In this document: piece by piece, positions 9,406-18,195 of the stretch
How the letters are laid out: each line of letters starts with the position of its first letter
Numbering within the stretch: the stretch's first letter is position 1
Made by a program: the position numbers and the translations under genes
Assembly (NCBI GenBank): GCA_963712475.1
Contig: CAVQIA010000011.1
Coordinates: forward strand, 57,321 to 121,320
Source of the DNA: an uncultured Chloroflexia bacterium
GTDB lineage: Bacteria; Chloroflexota; Anaerolineae; Anaerolineales; RBG-16-64-43
Length of the DNA: 64,000 nt
Direction of reading: 5' to 3'
Notes under the pieces: generated by a model
Databases searched by the model: none
Seen by the model: only the letters and a program-made list of their open reading frames with translations
What the model was told of the DNA's origin: nothing

Positions 9406-10844
9406 TGAGGGTCAAACCTCCCGCCCCATTCCATGGGATCGCCAGGGTAGCCCAGCGCCTCCCAATCCAGGCGGCCGTTGGAAGAGTGGCAGTCGTCGCA
9501 CTGCAGCGCGTTCTCCTTGGGTTGGACCATGTGAGTCGTGGGCCAGTACATGTAAGTCTCGGTGAAGCCGTAGCTGCCCGAATACTTGAGTCCCATGATG
9601 GTCTCGGCCAGGCGGAAGGAGTTGTCCCAATCGAAGTTGGTCCAATAGCCGTTGTCACCGGCTGTGATCGGTTGAAGCAAGTAGTTGTAGATACGGTCGT
9701 AGGGTTGATTCGCGACGTGAAGCTTGAACGGAAATATGCGTGAGGTCGGGTCGTCGCGGCTGCCCGCGGGCTGGTCGATCACTGTCGGGCGGATGGGGTC
9801 GACCTTATCGCCCAACAAGTAGCGGTAGGAGAGGTTCCCATCGAACCACATGTAGGTGGGCTTGAAGTCCTTCTGATAGACGAAGGTGCCTTTGATCTTG
9901 AGGTAGGTGTAGTGGTCCTCGGGTCGGTCCTGCCCGGCGGTCGACCAATCCCAGTAGGTCTTGGTTGGGTCCTTGACAGCCATGGCCGGGATGTGACAGG
10001 TCTGGCAGGCCACGCTCGTGACGTGCGAATTCAGCCGCTCGTCCTCGTGCGGTGCCGCGGCATGGCACTGCGTGCACGATACTTGTTCGGACGGCTCGAT
10101 GGTGTAGTTATCGGGGACCAGGCGGCCGAGGATCTGATGATCGCGGGTTGTGTGGCACGCGGTGCACTGCATGTCGAACTTCCCCATGTGCACGTCGAGT
10201 TCATCGCTGGGGAAGATCAGGCTCTGATCGAGGTCGCCATGCTTGACCCCGTTGCCGCCTCCACCATCGAAGTGGCACTTGCCGCACATCTCGCGCGTGG
10301 GAGCCTTAACACTCTGCGCGGCTGCGAGCAGGTCGATCCCTTCAACGGGGTTGCCGTAGTCGCCCTTGGCGTAGCTCGAGGGATCTGCATGACAGGCCAG
10401 GCAATCCACGTTCTCCTGGACTTTGAAGTCGTACGGGGCATCTTCTTGCCAACCGTAGCCGGTGTGGCACGACATGCACTGCTTCTGATTGCCTTGAGTT
10501 CCGATGCAGAAGTTGTTGATCTGATTGGCTTTGCCGATCGTCACCGGCTCGTCGCGCCAGGGAACGTCGAAGGGCTCCGATTCCCAAGTCCAGTGAGTGG
10601 TCTGCATCACCTGCCCCGCGGCATCCGGATGGCACGTCAGGCAATTGCGAGTGACCTCTTGGGGGGAGGTGAAGGGCCCCTGGATGATATCGGCGTGGGA
10701 GGTATGGATGGGAGTTGGCTGGATCGCCGCCTGCGGATCATCTGCCGGCGGCGAGGTCTTGGGCCAGAACAGCGCGACCGGGATGAGGATGACGGCCAGG
10801 GTAACGATCAGGCCGATCAACCAGATTGGGATTCTCTTTCGCAT
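9402..10844 (-). CDS. otr: Octaheme tetrathionate reductase (OTR)-family cytochrome c
   Basis: N-terminal TM anchor; 8 CxxCH (CLTCH, CMSCH, CLACH, CGKCH, CTACH, CTQCH, CQTCH, CDDCH); THWTW, GKANQINNFC, VKHGDLD, TKTYWDWSTAG motifs typical of OTR. Confidence 0.88.
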   Translation of the reverse strand: MRKRIPIWLIGLIVTLAVILIPVALFWPKTSPPADDPQAAIQPTPIHTSHADIIQGPFTSPQEVTRNCLTCHPDAAGQVMQTTHWTWESEPFDVPWRDEPVTIGKANQINNFCIGTQGNQKQCMSCHTGYGWQEDAPYDFKVQENVDCLACHADPSSYAKGDYGNPVEGIDLLAAAQSVKAPTREMCGKCHFDGGGGNGVKHGDLDQSLIFPSDELDVHMGKFDMQCTACHTTRDHQILGRLVPDNYTIEPSEQVSCTQCHAAAPHEDERLNSHVTSVACQTCHIPAMAVKDPTKTYWDWSTAGQDRPEDHYTYLKIKGTFVYQKDFKPTYMWFDGNLSYRYLLGDKVDPIRPTVIDQPAGSRDDPTSRIFPFKLHVANQPYDRIYNYLLQPITAGDNGYWTNFDWDNSFRLAETIMGLKYSGSYGFTETYMYWPTTHMVQPKENALQCDDCHSSNGRLDWEALGYPGDPMEWGGRFDPQ

Positions 10845-10868
10845 AGAGGCTCCTACGTTTCGGCTAGG

Positions 10869-11198
10869 CTACTCCGGGATGAGGCTGGCGCGGTGAGCGA
10901 GGCTGTCGCGCAAGACGGCGCGCAGCAGGTCGAGGGCATCGACGATGCGGTGATCGCACAGGGTGTATTCGATGTTCTGGCCTTGGCGCTCCGCGCGCAC
11001 CAGCCCATGCTCGCGCAGCACGCGCAGGTGGCGGGACGTGGTGGACTGGCTGATGTTCACATCGGCGGTGAGTTCGGTAACCGTGCGCGGCCTGTCCGCC
11101 AGGGCATAGATCAGGAGCAGGCGGCTGGGGTCGGCAAGGGCCGAGCACATGTCAGCGTGGAGATGAATCACTTCCTGGGAAAGCTGGGCTTTGTCCAT
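10869..11198 (-). CDS. ArsR/SmtB-family transcriptional regulator
   Basis: ALADPSRLLLIYAL...TVTELT...SQSTTSRHLRVLREHGLVRAERQG winged HTH; first gene of the operon. Confidence 0.92.
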   Translation of the reverse strand: MDKAQLSQEVIHLHADMCSALADPSRLLLIYALADRPRTVTELTADVNISQSTTSRHLRVLREHGLVRAERQGQNIEYTLCDHRIVDALDLLRAVLRDSLAHRASLIPE

Positions 11199-11210
11199 TG
11201 TGTGACCCAT

Positions 11211-11291
11211 TGCGGATATGCGGTAATCCGCATACTCGCGATGACATATGAATACAACCCGGGAAGTAGCTGGCAAAGTGACGGCTGTCAC
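11211..11291. promoter_or_regulatory. Palindromic candidate operator sites upstream of the ArsR/OTR operon
   Basis: TGCGGAT-N8-ATCCGCA (11211-11232) and GTGAC-N4-GTCAC (11278-11291) in a relatively AT-rich leader. Confidence 0.45.
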
Positions 11292-11911
11292 ATGCAGCTG
11301 CGAGAAATGTAACGTGAAATATGACGCTATGGAGGAATGACTGTCAAGTGGGTACGTGCGTCAAGTGACAGCGCCCGATTCGCGGCTGGATGTTACTTTC
11401 GGTGCACGGGGCATCCTACGGGTCGGCCCAAGTTTCATCTTTGCTTCTCGTCAGGGGCGAGCGTGATGCTGGCGATCGGCCTGAGCGACGGGTTGCCTGG
11501 CGCATGTTGACAATCTGCCTTGATCACGCAGCCTCTGTCCGCGAACGCGCCACGGAGCGATGCGTCCGGGAATGCGCTTTCCTCCAACGTCGGATCTATC
11601 CCGCGGAGATCAATTGGCGAGACGGGCGATCCCGCTTTGCCTGATCAGGATCTCGCAGCGCGATTTGCAGCGCCAGCACCCTTGGCTCCCCGGTTGATGT
11701 TGGGGGAGTTGGCAATCCGCGGCTGAGATTGGTGATGATCATGCGAGCCTGTTGCGGCGTGGAGGGGTTGGCCGTCGACACTCGGGTTGGCGTTTGGTCG
11801 TCGCCCTAGCTTGGAGATCAAGGGCCATGCGCGCGGCTTCGCTTGACTCCTCCGCCATTCGACGTATCATTGCATTCGCAGCACCCCGCAGACATCGGAG
11901 GCCAGTTGGCC

Positions 11912-12217
11912 ATGGACCTAACCAAAGTCGAGCACCTGGACGGACTAGGACAGATCTTCCTCGAGGGCAAAGCGATATGCCCCGTGCGCTACGACCTCGA
12001 CCGTCAAGGATTGGATTCTTCGGGTCGCCCAATCCTCGAGGGCATGGCGGTCGTCCCATCGAAGGAGCGTTTCAACCAACAGGTGCTGGCGGTTCTTGGG
12101 AGCGGCGTCGAGTTCGTGTTGCGCCTGTCAACCGGCGACGAGGTTAAGGTCAAGCTGACCGAGAATCTTCCACCGCCTCCGACAGGCCGCTACAAGATCA
12201 CCGTTTCGCCGCAGTAG
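11912..12217 (+). CDS. Hypothetical protein, about 101 aa
   Basis: GGAGG upstream of ATG 11912; protein-like composition; followed by a hairpin. Confidence 0.6.
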   Translation: MDLTKVEHLDGLGQIFLEGKAICPVRYDLDRQGLDSSGRPILEGMAVVPSKERFNQQVLAVLGSGVEFVLRLSTGDEVKVKLTENLPPPPTGRYKITVSPQ

Positions 12218-12292
12218 CGATTTGTCGGCTGGCTTCACGACAAATCAGCAGTCGCATCTCTCGCCGAACGCATTCCGCCTATACCCGATAAT

Positions 12293-12325
12293 CAAGAAGA
12301 CCCGCTCGCTGGCGGGTCTTCTTAT
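12293..12325. terminator. Bidirectional terminator-like hairpin
   Basis: AAGAAGACCCGC-TCGCTG-GCGGGTCTTCTT between convergent genes. Confidence 0.65.
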
Positions 12326-12434
12326 TGTTGTGGTCCACGGGCCGCTCCAACCTCCATACCGCCCGCTTCACTTGAGCCCAACGCCAATTCAACCGGCCGA
12401 TTGTGCCAAGTGAACCTCCTCAAGTCGTCGATCG

Positions 12435-13169
12435 TTACTGGCAACTGATCCTCAGCTTGGCGAATGCCGTGGCCAGCGTCCGTTGCGTCTTGTCGAAGTA
12501 GCCATCGGTCATCTTGTCAACCAGGCCGTTCTTCCGATACACCCCATCCGCATGGTGGTAGTTCATCCTGTCGAGCAACACATGATCGACCTTCCCCGCG
12601 AGCATGTCCGGGAGAGTTTCCGCGCCCGGAAGGATGGGTGCGATCATGGCAAAGGTGCTGATCCCGGCCTGGTGCAGGACCTCAAGCGCCCGGATCCTCT
12701 CCTCGATCGGAGGGGCCTTTGGCTCGAAGAGTTTGCGGATACCGTCATCGGCCGTGGTCACGCTCAACCCGACCTCGAAATCGCTGCCTCTTTCCAGAAC
12801 GTCGATATCTCGCAGGACTCGAGGCGATCGGGTTTGAACCGTGACGGGCCAGTTGTTACGCGCGAGGATTTCCAGGCAACGGCGGGTAAGCCTGTACTTC
12901 GCTTCCAGCGGTTGATACGGGTCGCATACTCCGCTGATCCAGACTCTTCCCTTCTTCTTCCTGGCGACCTCGCGTTCGAGAAGCTCAGGCGCATTCACCT
13001 TGACATCCACGAATTGACCCCAGGGTTCCTGGTGTCCGGTGAACCGCTTCATGAATCGAGCGTAGCAATAAGAGCAGGCATGCGCACAACCCGTGTACGG
13101 ATTGATGACGTAGGGGAAGACCTTCGACACGGACAAAATCGTCTTGGGCTGAGTTTCCTTGATGACCAT
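12435..13169 (-). CDS. Radical SAM protein, spore-photoproduct-lyase-like family
   Basis: INPYTGCAHACSYCYA (CxxxCxxC), SGVCDPYQPLE, QTRSP, FEPKAPP...R. Confidence 0.88.
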   Translation of the reverse strand: MVIKETQPKTILSVSKVFPYVINPYTGCAHACSYCYARFMKRFTGHQEPWGQFVDVKVNAPELLEREVARKKKGRVWISGVCDPYQPLEAKYRLTRRCLEILARNNWPVTVQTRSPRVLRDIDVLERGSDFEVGLSVTTADDGIRKLFEPKAPPIEERIRALEVLHQAGISTFAMIAPILPGAETLPDMLAGKVDHVLLDRMNYHHADGVYRKNGLVDKMTDGYFDKTQRTLATAFAKLRISCQ

Positions 13170-13288
13170 GCTCCTATTATAGGCGCGTCGGATCGAGATA
13201 GCCTGAGCCCCAGAGCATGGGCAGTCACGCGATAAGGTGATGCCTGTTCCTGCACAAGGGAATGTGAACCCGCACATGTGCGGGCTTG

Positions 13289-13315
13289 CGAGGTGAGCCG
13301 CGGGCAACTCGGACG
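13289..13315 (-). repeat. Degenerate copy of the tRNA-Lys 3' end (att-like site), with adjacent hairpin at 13267-13287
   Basis: CGAGGTGAGCCGCGGGCAACTCGGACG matches 16998-17024 with 2 mismatches in 27 nt. Confidence 0.85.
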
Positions 13316-13436
13316 AACAACAGCGCTATTCGCACAAACCACTGGCGCCTCGGCCGCGGTGTGGCCCTTTGGACGAGCGTGACGCCGAGGAGTGGGAACC
13401 GCGCTGGGGGTCGCCAGTTGCGGCGAGCGATTCCGA

Positions 13437-14387
13437 TCAGGCCTGGCGGCCCGCGATCAGGTCGTTGAGCCCGTCGCCGAGGAGATTCCAACTGATGCCG
13501 AAGAGCAGCAGTGCGGCAGTGACCGGGCCGTAAACCCACCAGTAGGCGAGCAGGCTGCCGCCCGGGCCGATGATCCAATCGCGGCCGATTGCAAGGAGCT
13601 CGCCCCAGGGCAGATCGCCGCCAATTCCGATGAAGGAGAATGCGGCCGCCAGCATCACCGTCCCACCCACGTCGCGCGCGGCAAGGACGATGACCGGTGC
13701 GACCCCGTTCGGGATGATGTGCCGAAGCAGGATGCGGGACCTGCCGGCGCCGAGGGCCCTTGCGGCCTGGACATACTCGATCTCCCGCAGGTGCATGGTG
13801 ATGCTGTTGGTGATCCTGGCGTAGGGCATCCACGAGAAGAGGATCAAAGTGATCATGAGGGGGTCGAGCCCAAGCCGGTCGACGACGCGCTGGGCGACGG
13901 AGGCCACCGCGTACGGATTCGCCAACCAGGGACGCAGGAAGTCGTATCCCCCGAACGGGAACAGGGCATAGCGCACAACCCAGTAGCCGGCAATGGTTGG
14001 AACGGCCAGGAAGGCGTCAGTGAAGGGAATGGCGATCCGCTGCAGCCACCCCCCGGCGTAGCCGCTGGAGGTGCCGATCAGGACCCCGATCGCGGCGGAC
14101 ACTGCGGCGACGATGAGGCCGAAGCGCAGTGCACTGCGCGTGCCCCAGATGAGGGTGTAATAGACGCTGTACTGGCCGCCGAGCGTACCGAGTGGAGCCT
14201 CGGCACTTGGCGGATGCGGCACTTTGTCGATGTAGTGACCGACCCGCGAGAAGTACGGCGGGAGGAGTGGATCATCGTCGAAGGGCGCCAGGGCGGGAGC
14301 CGCGAGGGCAACGGCGAGGAAGGCCAGCACGATGAGCAGGCCGACAAAGTTCTGGGGCACGAGGACGAAACGCAGCAGGGGCTTCAT
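13437..14387 (-). CDS. Peptide/nickel ABC transporter permease (OppC/DppC family)
   Basis: APLGTLGG, LIWGTRSAL, WMPYARI, EYVQAARALGAG...ILLRHIIPN EAA motif. Confidence 0.9.
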   Translation of the reverse strand: MKPLLRFVLVPQNFVGLLIVLAFLAVALAAPALAPFDDDPLLPPYFSRVGHYIDKVPHPPSAEAPLGTLGGQYSVYYTLIWGTRSALRFGLIVAAVSAAIGVLIGTSSGYAGGWLQRIAIPFTDAFLAVPTIAGYWVVRYALFPFGGYDFLRPWLANPYAVASVAQRVVDRLGLDPLMITLILFSWMPYARITNSITMHLREIEYVQAARALGAGRSRILLRHIIPNGVAPVIVLAARDVGGTVMLAAAFSFIGIGGDLPWGELLAIGRDWIIGPGGSLLAYWWVYGPVTAALLLFGISWNLLGDGLNDLIAGRQA

Positions 14388-15458
14388 TCGCCGACAATGC
14401 CTTCGCGGATGCGCGGATCGAGGATGGCCTGAGCCACATCCAGAATGAACATGATTGGCAGCACGAGCAAGATGCTGAAGACGGCGAAACCGACAGCCAT
14501 GAACAGATCCGGCGTGTAGGTCAGCGAAATGGTGATGAGCTCCGACATCCCGTGCAGACCGAAGATCGAATTCGACGACGAAGACACCCGTGAGCATACT
14601 GGCCGTTGACAAGGCCGTGCTGTTGAGGGCCGGGACGACGGCGTTGCGCAGGGCATGTTTCCAAACCACCCGGTTCTGGGAGAGACCGCGGGCCCGGGCG
14701 GCGGTGACGTACACCCGGTCCAACTGATCGAGCACACTGGCGCGTGTCAAGCGGCCCAGCGTGGCCCAATGCGAGAGGCTGAGCGTGACGACAGGCAAGG
14801 CGAGATGGCGCAATGCGTCGAGAGTGATGTCGGGCCGGCGGTTGAGCAACCCATCGATGGTGTACATACCGGTCACCGTGTGATACTTCGACGAGTTGAC
14901 GAACGCAGAGCTGTCGACCCCGAGGCGCATGGGCCCAAACCAACCCAGGCCCACGTAGAAGACCGCCAGGAGCAGCAGCCCAAGAACAAACGGCGGGAGC
15001 GACGTGGCCACGAACGCCGCCGCGCGAAATGCATGGTCGGCCGGGAGGCGGGAGCGGCGGGCCGCGTGGACGCCGGACAACACGCCAAGCGGGATAAACG
15101 TGAGGACCGAATAGAGGGCCAATTCGGCCGTGACTGGAACGCGGGCCACCAGCACAACCAGGACGGGCCGCTCCGTGATCGGGCTGTATCCCCAATCCCC
15201 GCGAACCAAGCTGCCAAGCCAGCTTGCGTACTGGATTGGGAAAGGATCGTCCAGATGGCGGGTGCGGATGATCCGCTGGATCATGCGTTCGATGTCTTCT
15301 TCGGTCACGCTTGGAGCGAAGTTTTGTGGCATGTAGAGCATGGCCCGCTCTTCGGCCGGAGCGAGCATGAGCACGGCATAGAGTGAGCCCGTGACGATCA
15401 AGAATGTAATTGGGACCATCAGGAGTCGGTGGAACAGGTACTTGAGGATGGCCGGCAT
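14384..15458 (-). CDS. Peptide/nickel ABC transporter permease (OppB/DppB family); frameshift near 14570
   Basis: LDDPFPIQYASWL...GDWGYS, YVTAARARGL...KHALRNA; C-terminus in frame 14384..14737. Confidence 0.88.
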
Positions 15459-16031
15459 AGTCGGGGCTCCCAATCGAGGCCGAGCGCACTCGCTCAATGG
15501 TCGATGTGTCCCTGTGCCTGCACGGGTTCATGGAGAGCACAGAGACGTTGGATTGTCTGCCGTCGGCAGAGGTTAGCGCGAGTGCATGGCGGCGGACTCG
15601 GCGGGAGAGTTGCGCGATTGTAGCACGGTGAAGTAGTCAGGATTTGGGGGCGAGCCGCTTGACGTTGTTGCGCCTCCGGCAGCGGGGTTAGCGTTGATGA
15701 TCGCGGACCCACATTCGGGCGTGGAAAGGTGCGCGCACGCATGATTGGCAGGTCGAGCCCGCACGCTTACGTCGTGGCACCGATGCTCAATGGGGGATGG
15801 CCACGCTGACGGAGATGCTGGTGACCAGTCACATCCTGGTCACATAGGAGTCAAATCCAGTCATAGGGGGTGAGGAGTTCAGGGCCTGGCATGAGTAGTT
15901 CGGCCCGGTGGCTCCATTGAACGGGGGTGGTTCGATCAATGGGCGCGCGTGATCAACTTACGATTCCGCACATCGTCATGCCTACGAAACAACGAAGCCC
16001 GCACATATGCGGGCTTTCGAAGGTACGCCAA

Positions 16032-16087
16032 GGTGAGCCGCAGGCAACTCGAACGCCCGACCAAGTGCCCAAACGGCACTTGGTCGG
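16032..16087 (-). repeat. Displaced tRNA-Lys 3' half (attR-like) with a 13-bp inverted repeat around the anticodon-loop position
   Basis: 16032-16068 matches 17001-17037 with 2 mismatches; CCGACCAAGTGCC (16057-16069) / GGCACTTGGTCGG (16075-16087). Confidence 0.9.
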
Positions 16088-16114
16088 CCTCGATGCACGG
16101 CTTGCGAGATTGGC

Positions 16115-16780
16115 TCAAGACCTCCAGTGGGCCCGGATTTGCTCGAGGCCGACGGCGTTTCCGTCTTGAGTCAATTCGTACGTGTCACCCGCGCCGTACA
16201 AAGGTCCCACCTGATAATCCATGTAGAGCTCATCACCCTCGGGTGAGAGCGCAAACTCAGCCTGTCCGAACTCGTAAAACCTGTTATTCCCCAGGGGATC
16301 ACTGCGCATTGAGGCTTCTACGGCTTCGACCTTCTCTTGGATTTGGCTGAGTACGTCATCCGTGCAGAGTGCAACGTGGTCAGCTGTTACGATCCAACGC
16401 CCAACAAGCTCGCCGGATGTCAATCTCGGGAAAGGATGCTTGGTTCGTCTCCTAAGCCTGGTCGTATTTCTGCCCTCATAGCGGTCAAGAAGGGAATGGT
16501 ATGTCTCCCACTTGCCGTCCGGAGAGACCTCTCCGGGGGCGTCCAGATAACTGGTGAGCGCATCTGCGGGGGCGATGTGCAAGGTGTGTTCTGCAGGAGG
16601 GCTCTCCTCCGCGGGGTTGAACGAATACCTGCTGAGAACGATGGCTCTCAGAATGACTTTGAGGGGATGCGAACTGCCATCCTGAGATGACCCGGTGATG
16701 ATCTTCTGCAAGCGTTCGGAGACGACACGAAGCACCGGGTCCGTGTCGGTCGGGGTGGGTGAGGTGTCCTTGTTCTCCAT
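16115..16780 (-). CDS. Hypothetical protein (island cargo)
   Basis: 221-aa ORF, visibly less GC-rich than flanks; fills the interval between two att-like copies. Confidence 0.7.
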   Translation of the reverse strand: MENKDTSPTPTDTDPVLRVVSERLQKIITGSSQDGSSHPLKVILRAIVLSRYSFNPAEESPPAEHTLHIAPADALTSYLDAPGEVSPDGKWETYHSLLDRYEGRNTTRLRRRTKHPFPRLTSGELVGRWIVTADHVALCTDDVLSQIQEKVEAVEASMRSDPLGNNRFYEFGQAEFALSPEGDELYMDYQVGPLYGAGDTYELTQDGNAVGLEQIRAHWRS

Positions 16781-17002
16781 CTTGTTGAGCGATCAAATGC
16801 CATGGGCACTGGCCATTATGCAACTCAAGGGAGTAGAAGTTGCGAACCCTTGCCCACGTCGCAATGATGTGTGAACGAGACGAAATCGCGTAAGGGATGT
16901 GCCCTGGGACAGATGGAGAAAAGGGGTGTGTGCCTGAACCATGGGCAGTCAACAAAACCAACAAAGCCTGCAGGTAAGCGGGCCTTCATGGCACTTTCGA
17001 GG

Positions 17003-17075
17003 TGAGCCGCAGGCAACTCGAACGCCTAACCAAGTGCTTAAAAGGCACCTGCTCTGCCAGTTGAGCTAGCGGCCC
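17003..17075 (-). tRNA. tRNA-Lys (UUU), CCA not encoded
   Basis: GGGCCGCTAGCTCAACTGGCAGAGCAGGTGC-CTTTTAA-GCACTTGGTTAGGCG-TTCGAGT-TGCCTGCGGCTCA forms a full cloverleaf with TTT anticodon. Confidence 0.95.
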
Positions 17076-17084
17076 ACGCCCGGG

Positions 17085-17114
17085 ATTCTAGCACGCGCGG
17101 ACACCCGCCGTCAA
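17085..17114 (-). promoter_or_regulatory. Sigma70-type promoter of tRNA-Lys
   Basis: TTGACG-N18-TAGAAT with extended TG. Confidence 0.75.
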
Positions 17115-17214
17115 CGAATCCTGATGCGACGCGACCCGCCCGCAATTGCTTGTCCACGCCCCGCGCCTGGCTTATACTTGCCGCAACTCGCGCCCCTCAC
17201 CCGGAGCCCCAGCA

Positions 17215-18183
17215 ATGGCCTCGCCAACCTTCTCGATCGTCGTCCCGGTCTTCAACGAAGCCGAGAGCCTGCCCGAACTCCATCGCCGCCTCACACAGGT
17301 GATGGATGCGCTGGGCGAGGCGTGGGAGCTTCTGCTCGTCAACGACGGATCCACCGATGCTTCGGCCTCCGTGATGCGCGACCTCGCCGCGCGCGATTCA
17401 CGCGTGCGCGTTTTGCGTTTCGCGCGCAACTTCGGACACCAGATCGCCGTCACCGCGGGGCTCGACGCCTCGAAGGGACGCGCGGTGGTGGTGATCGACG
17501 CCGACCTGCAGGACCCACCCGAAGTCATTCCCGACCTTGTGGCCAAGTGGAAGGAAGGCCACGAGCTGGTCTACGGCGTTCGCCGCGGCCGCGAGGGCGA
17601 GACGTGGTTCAAGAAGGCCAGCGCATCGCTCTTCTACCGCGTGATCTTCCGCATCACCGACGTGCGCATCCCACTCGACACCGGCGACTTCCGCCTCCTG
17701 GATCGAAAAGTCGTCGACGTGCTCGGGCACATGCGCGAGCGGCACCGCTTCTTGCGCGGCATGGGTGCCTGGGTCGGCTTCCGCCAGGTGGGCGTGCCCT
17801 ACGACCGCCAGGCGCGCTTTGCCGGCGAAACGAAGTACCCCTTCCGCAAGATGCTGCGCCTCGCGCTGAATGCCATCACCGGTTTTTCGTACCTGCCCCT
17901 GCAGTTGGCCACATACTTCGGGTTCGTCAGCGCGGGGCTCGCGGCGCTGGCCATCCCGGTGGTGATCGTTCTGCGCATCGTGGGTGTGCATGGTTTCGAA
18001 GGCCAGGCAACGACGCTGGTTGCGGTGCTGTTCCTGGGCGGCGTGCAGCTCATCAGCCTGGGCATCCTGGGTGAATACGTGGGCCGCATCTACGACGAAG
18101 TCAAAGGGCGGCCGCTCTACATTCTGGACGAGCCCGCGCCGGCGAACGATCCCGGCCCGGGAGCGCCAACTCGCTTTGAATAA
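17215..18183 (+). CDS. GT2 polyprenol-phosphate glycosyltransferase (GtrB/ArnC-like)
   Basis: [40 protein letters not shown]; two C-terminal TM helices. Confidence 0.93.
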   Translation: MASPTFSIVVPVFNEAESLPELHRRLTQVMDALGEAWELLLVNDGSTDASASVMRDLAARDSRVRVLRFARNFGHQIAVTAGLDASKGRAVVVIDADLQDPPEVIPDLVAKWKEGHELVYGVRRGREGETWFKKASASLFYRVIFRITDVRIPLDTGDFRLLDRKVVDVLGHMRERHRFLRGMGAWVGFRQVGVPYDRQARFAGETKYPFRKMLRLALNAITGFSYLPLQLATYFGFVSAGLAALAIPVVIVLRIVGVHGFEGQATTLVAVLFLGGVQLISLGILGEYVGRIYDEVKGRPLYILDEPAPANDPGPGAPTRFE

Positions 18184-18195
18184 CGGAGGCATTGC

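Larger units (their letters stand above)
13289..17002. mobile_element. Two tandem genomic-island remnants at the tRNA-Lys 3' end (about 0.9 kb and 2.7 kb), no integrase
   Basis: Three direct copies of the tRNA 3' end, each followed by a related hairpin; cargo is oppBC and a hypothetical gene. Confidence 0.65.

Noticed and set aside
4901-11198. Selenocysteine or pyrrolysine read-through in the sulfur operon
   Set aside because: The breaks are frame changes, not in-frame TGA or TAG at Cys or Lys positions.
13437-15497. Apparent OppB-OppC fusion (686 aa)
   Set aside because: A frameshift near 14570 bypasses the real OppB C-terminus (frame 14384..14737); the normal overlapping stop/start is present at 14384-14387.
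13289-17075. CRISPR array or classical integron attC reading of the repeats
   Set aside because: The repeats are kilobases apart, match a tRNA 3' end, lack clear RYYYAAC/GTTRRRY ends, and no cas or intI gene is present.
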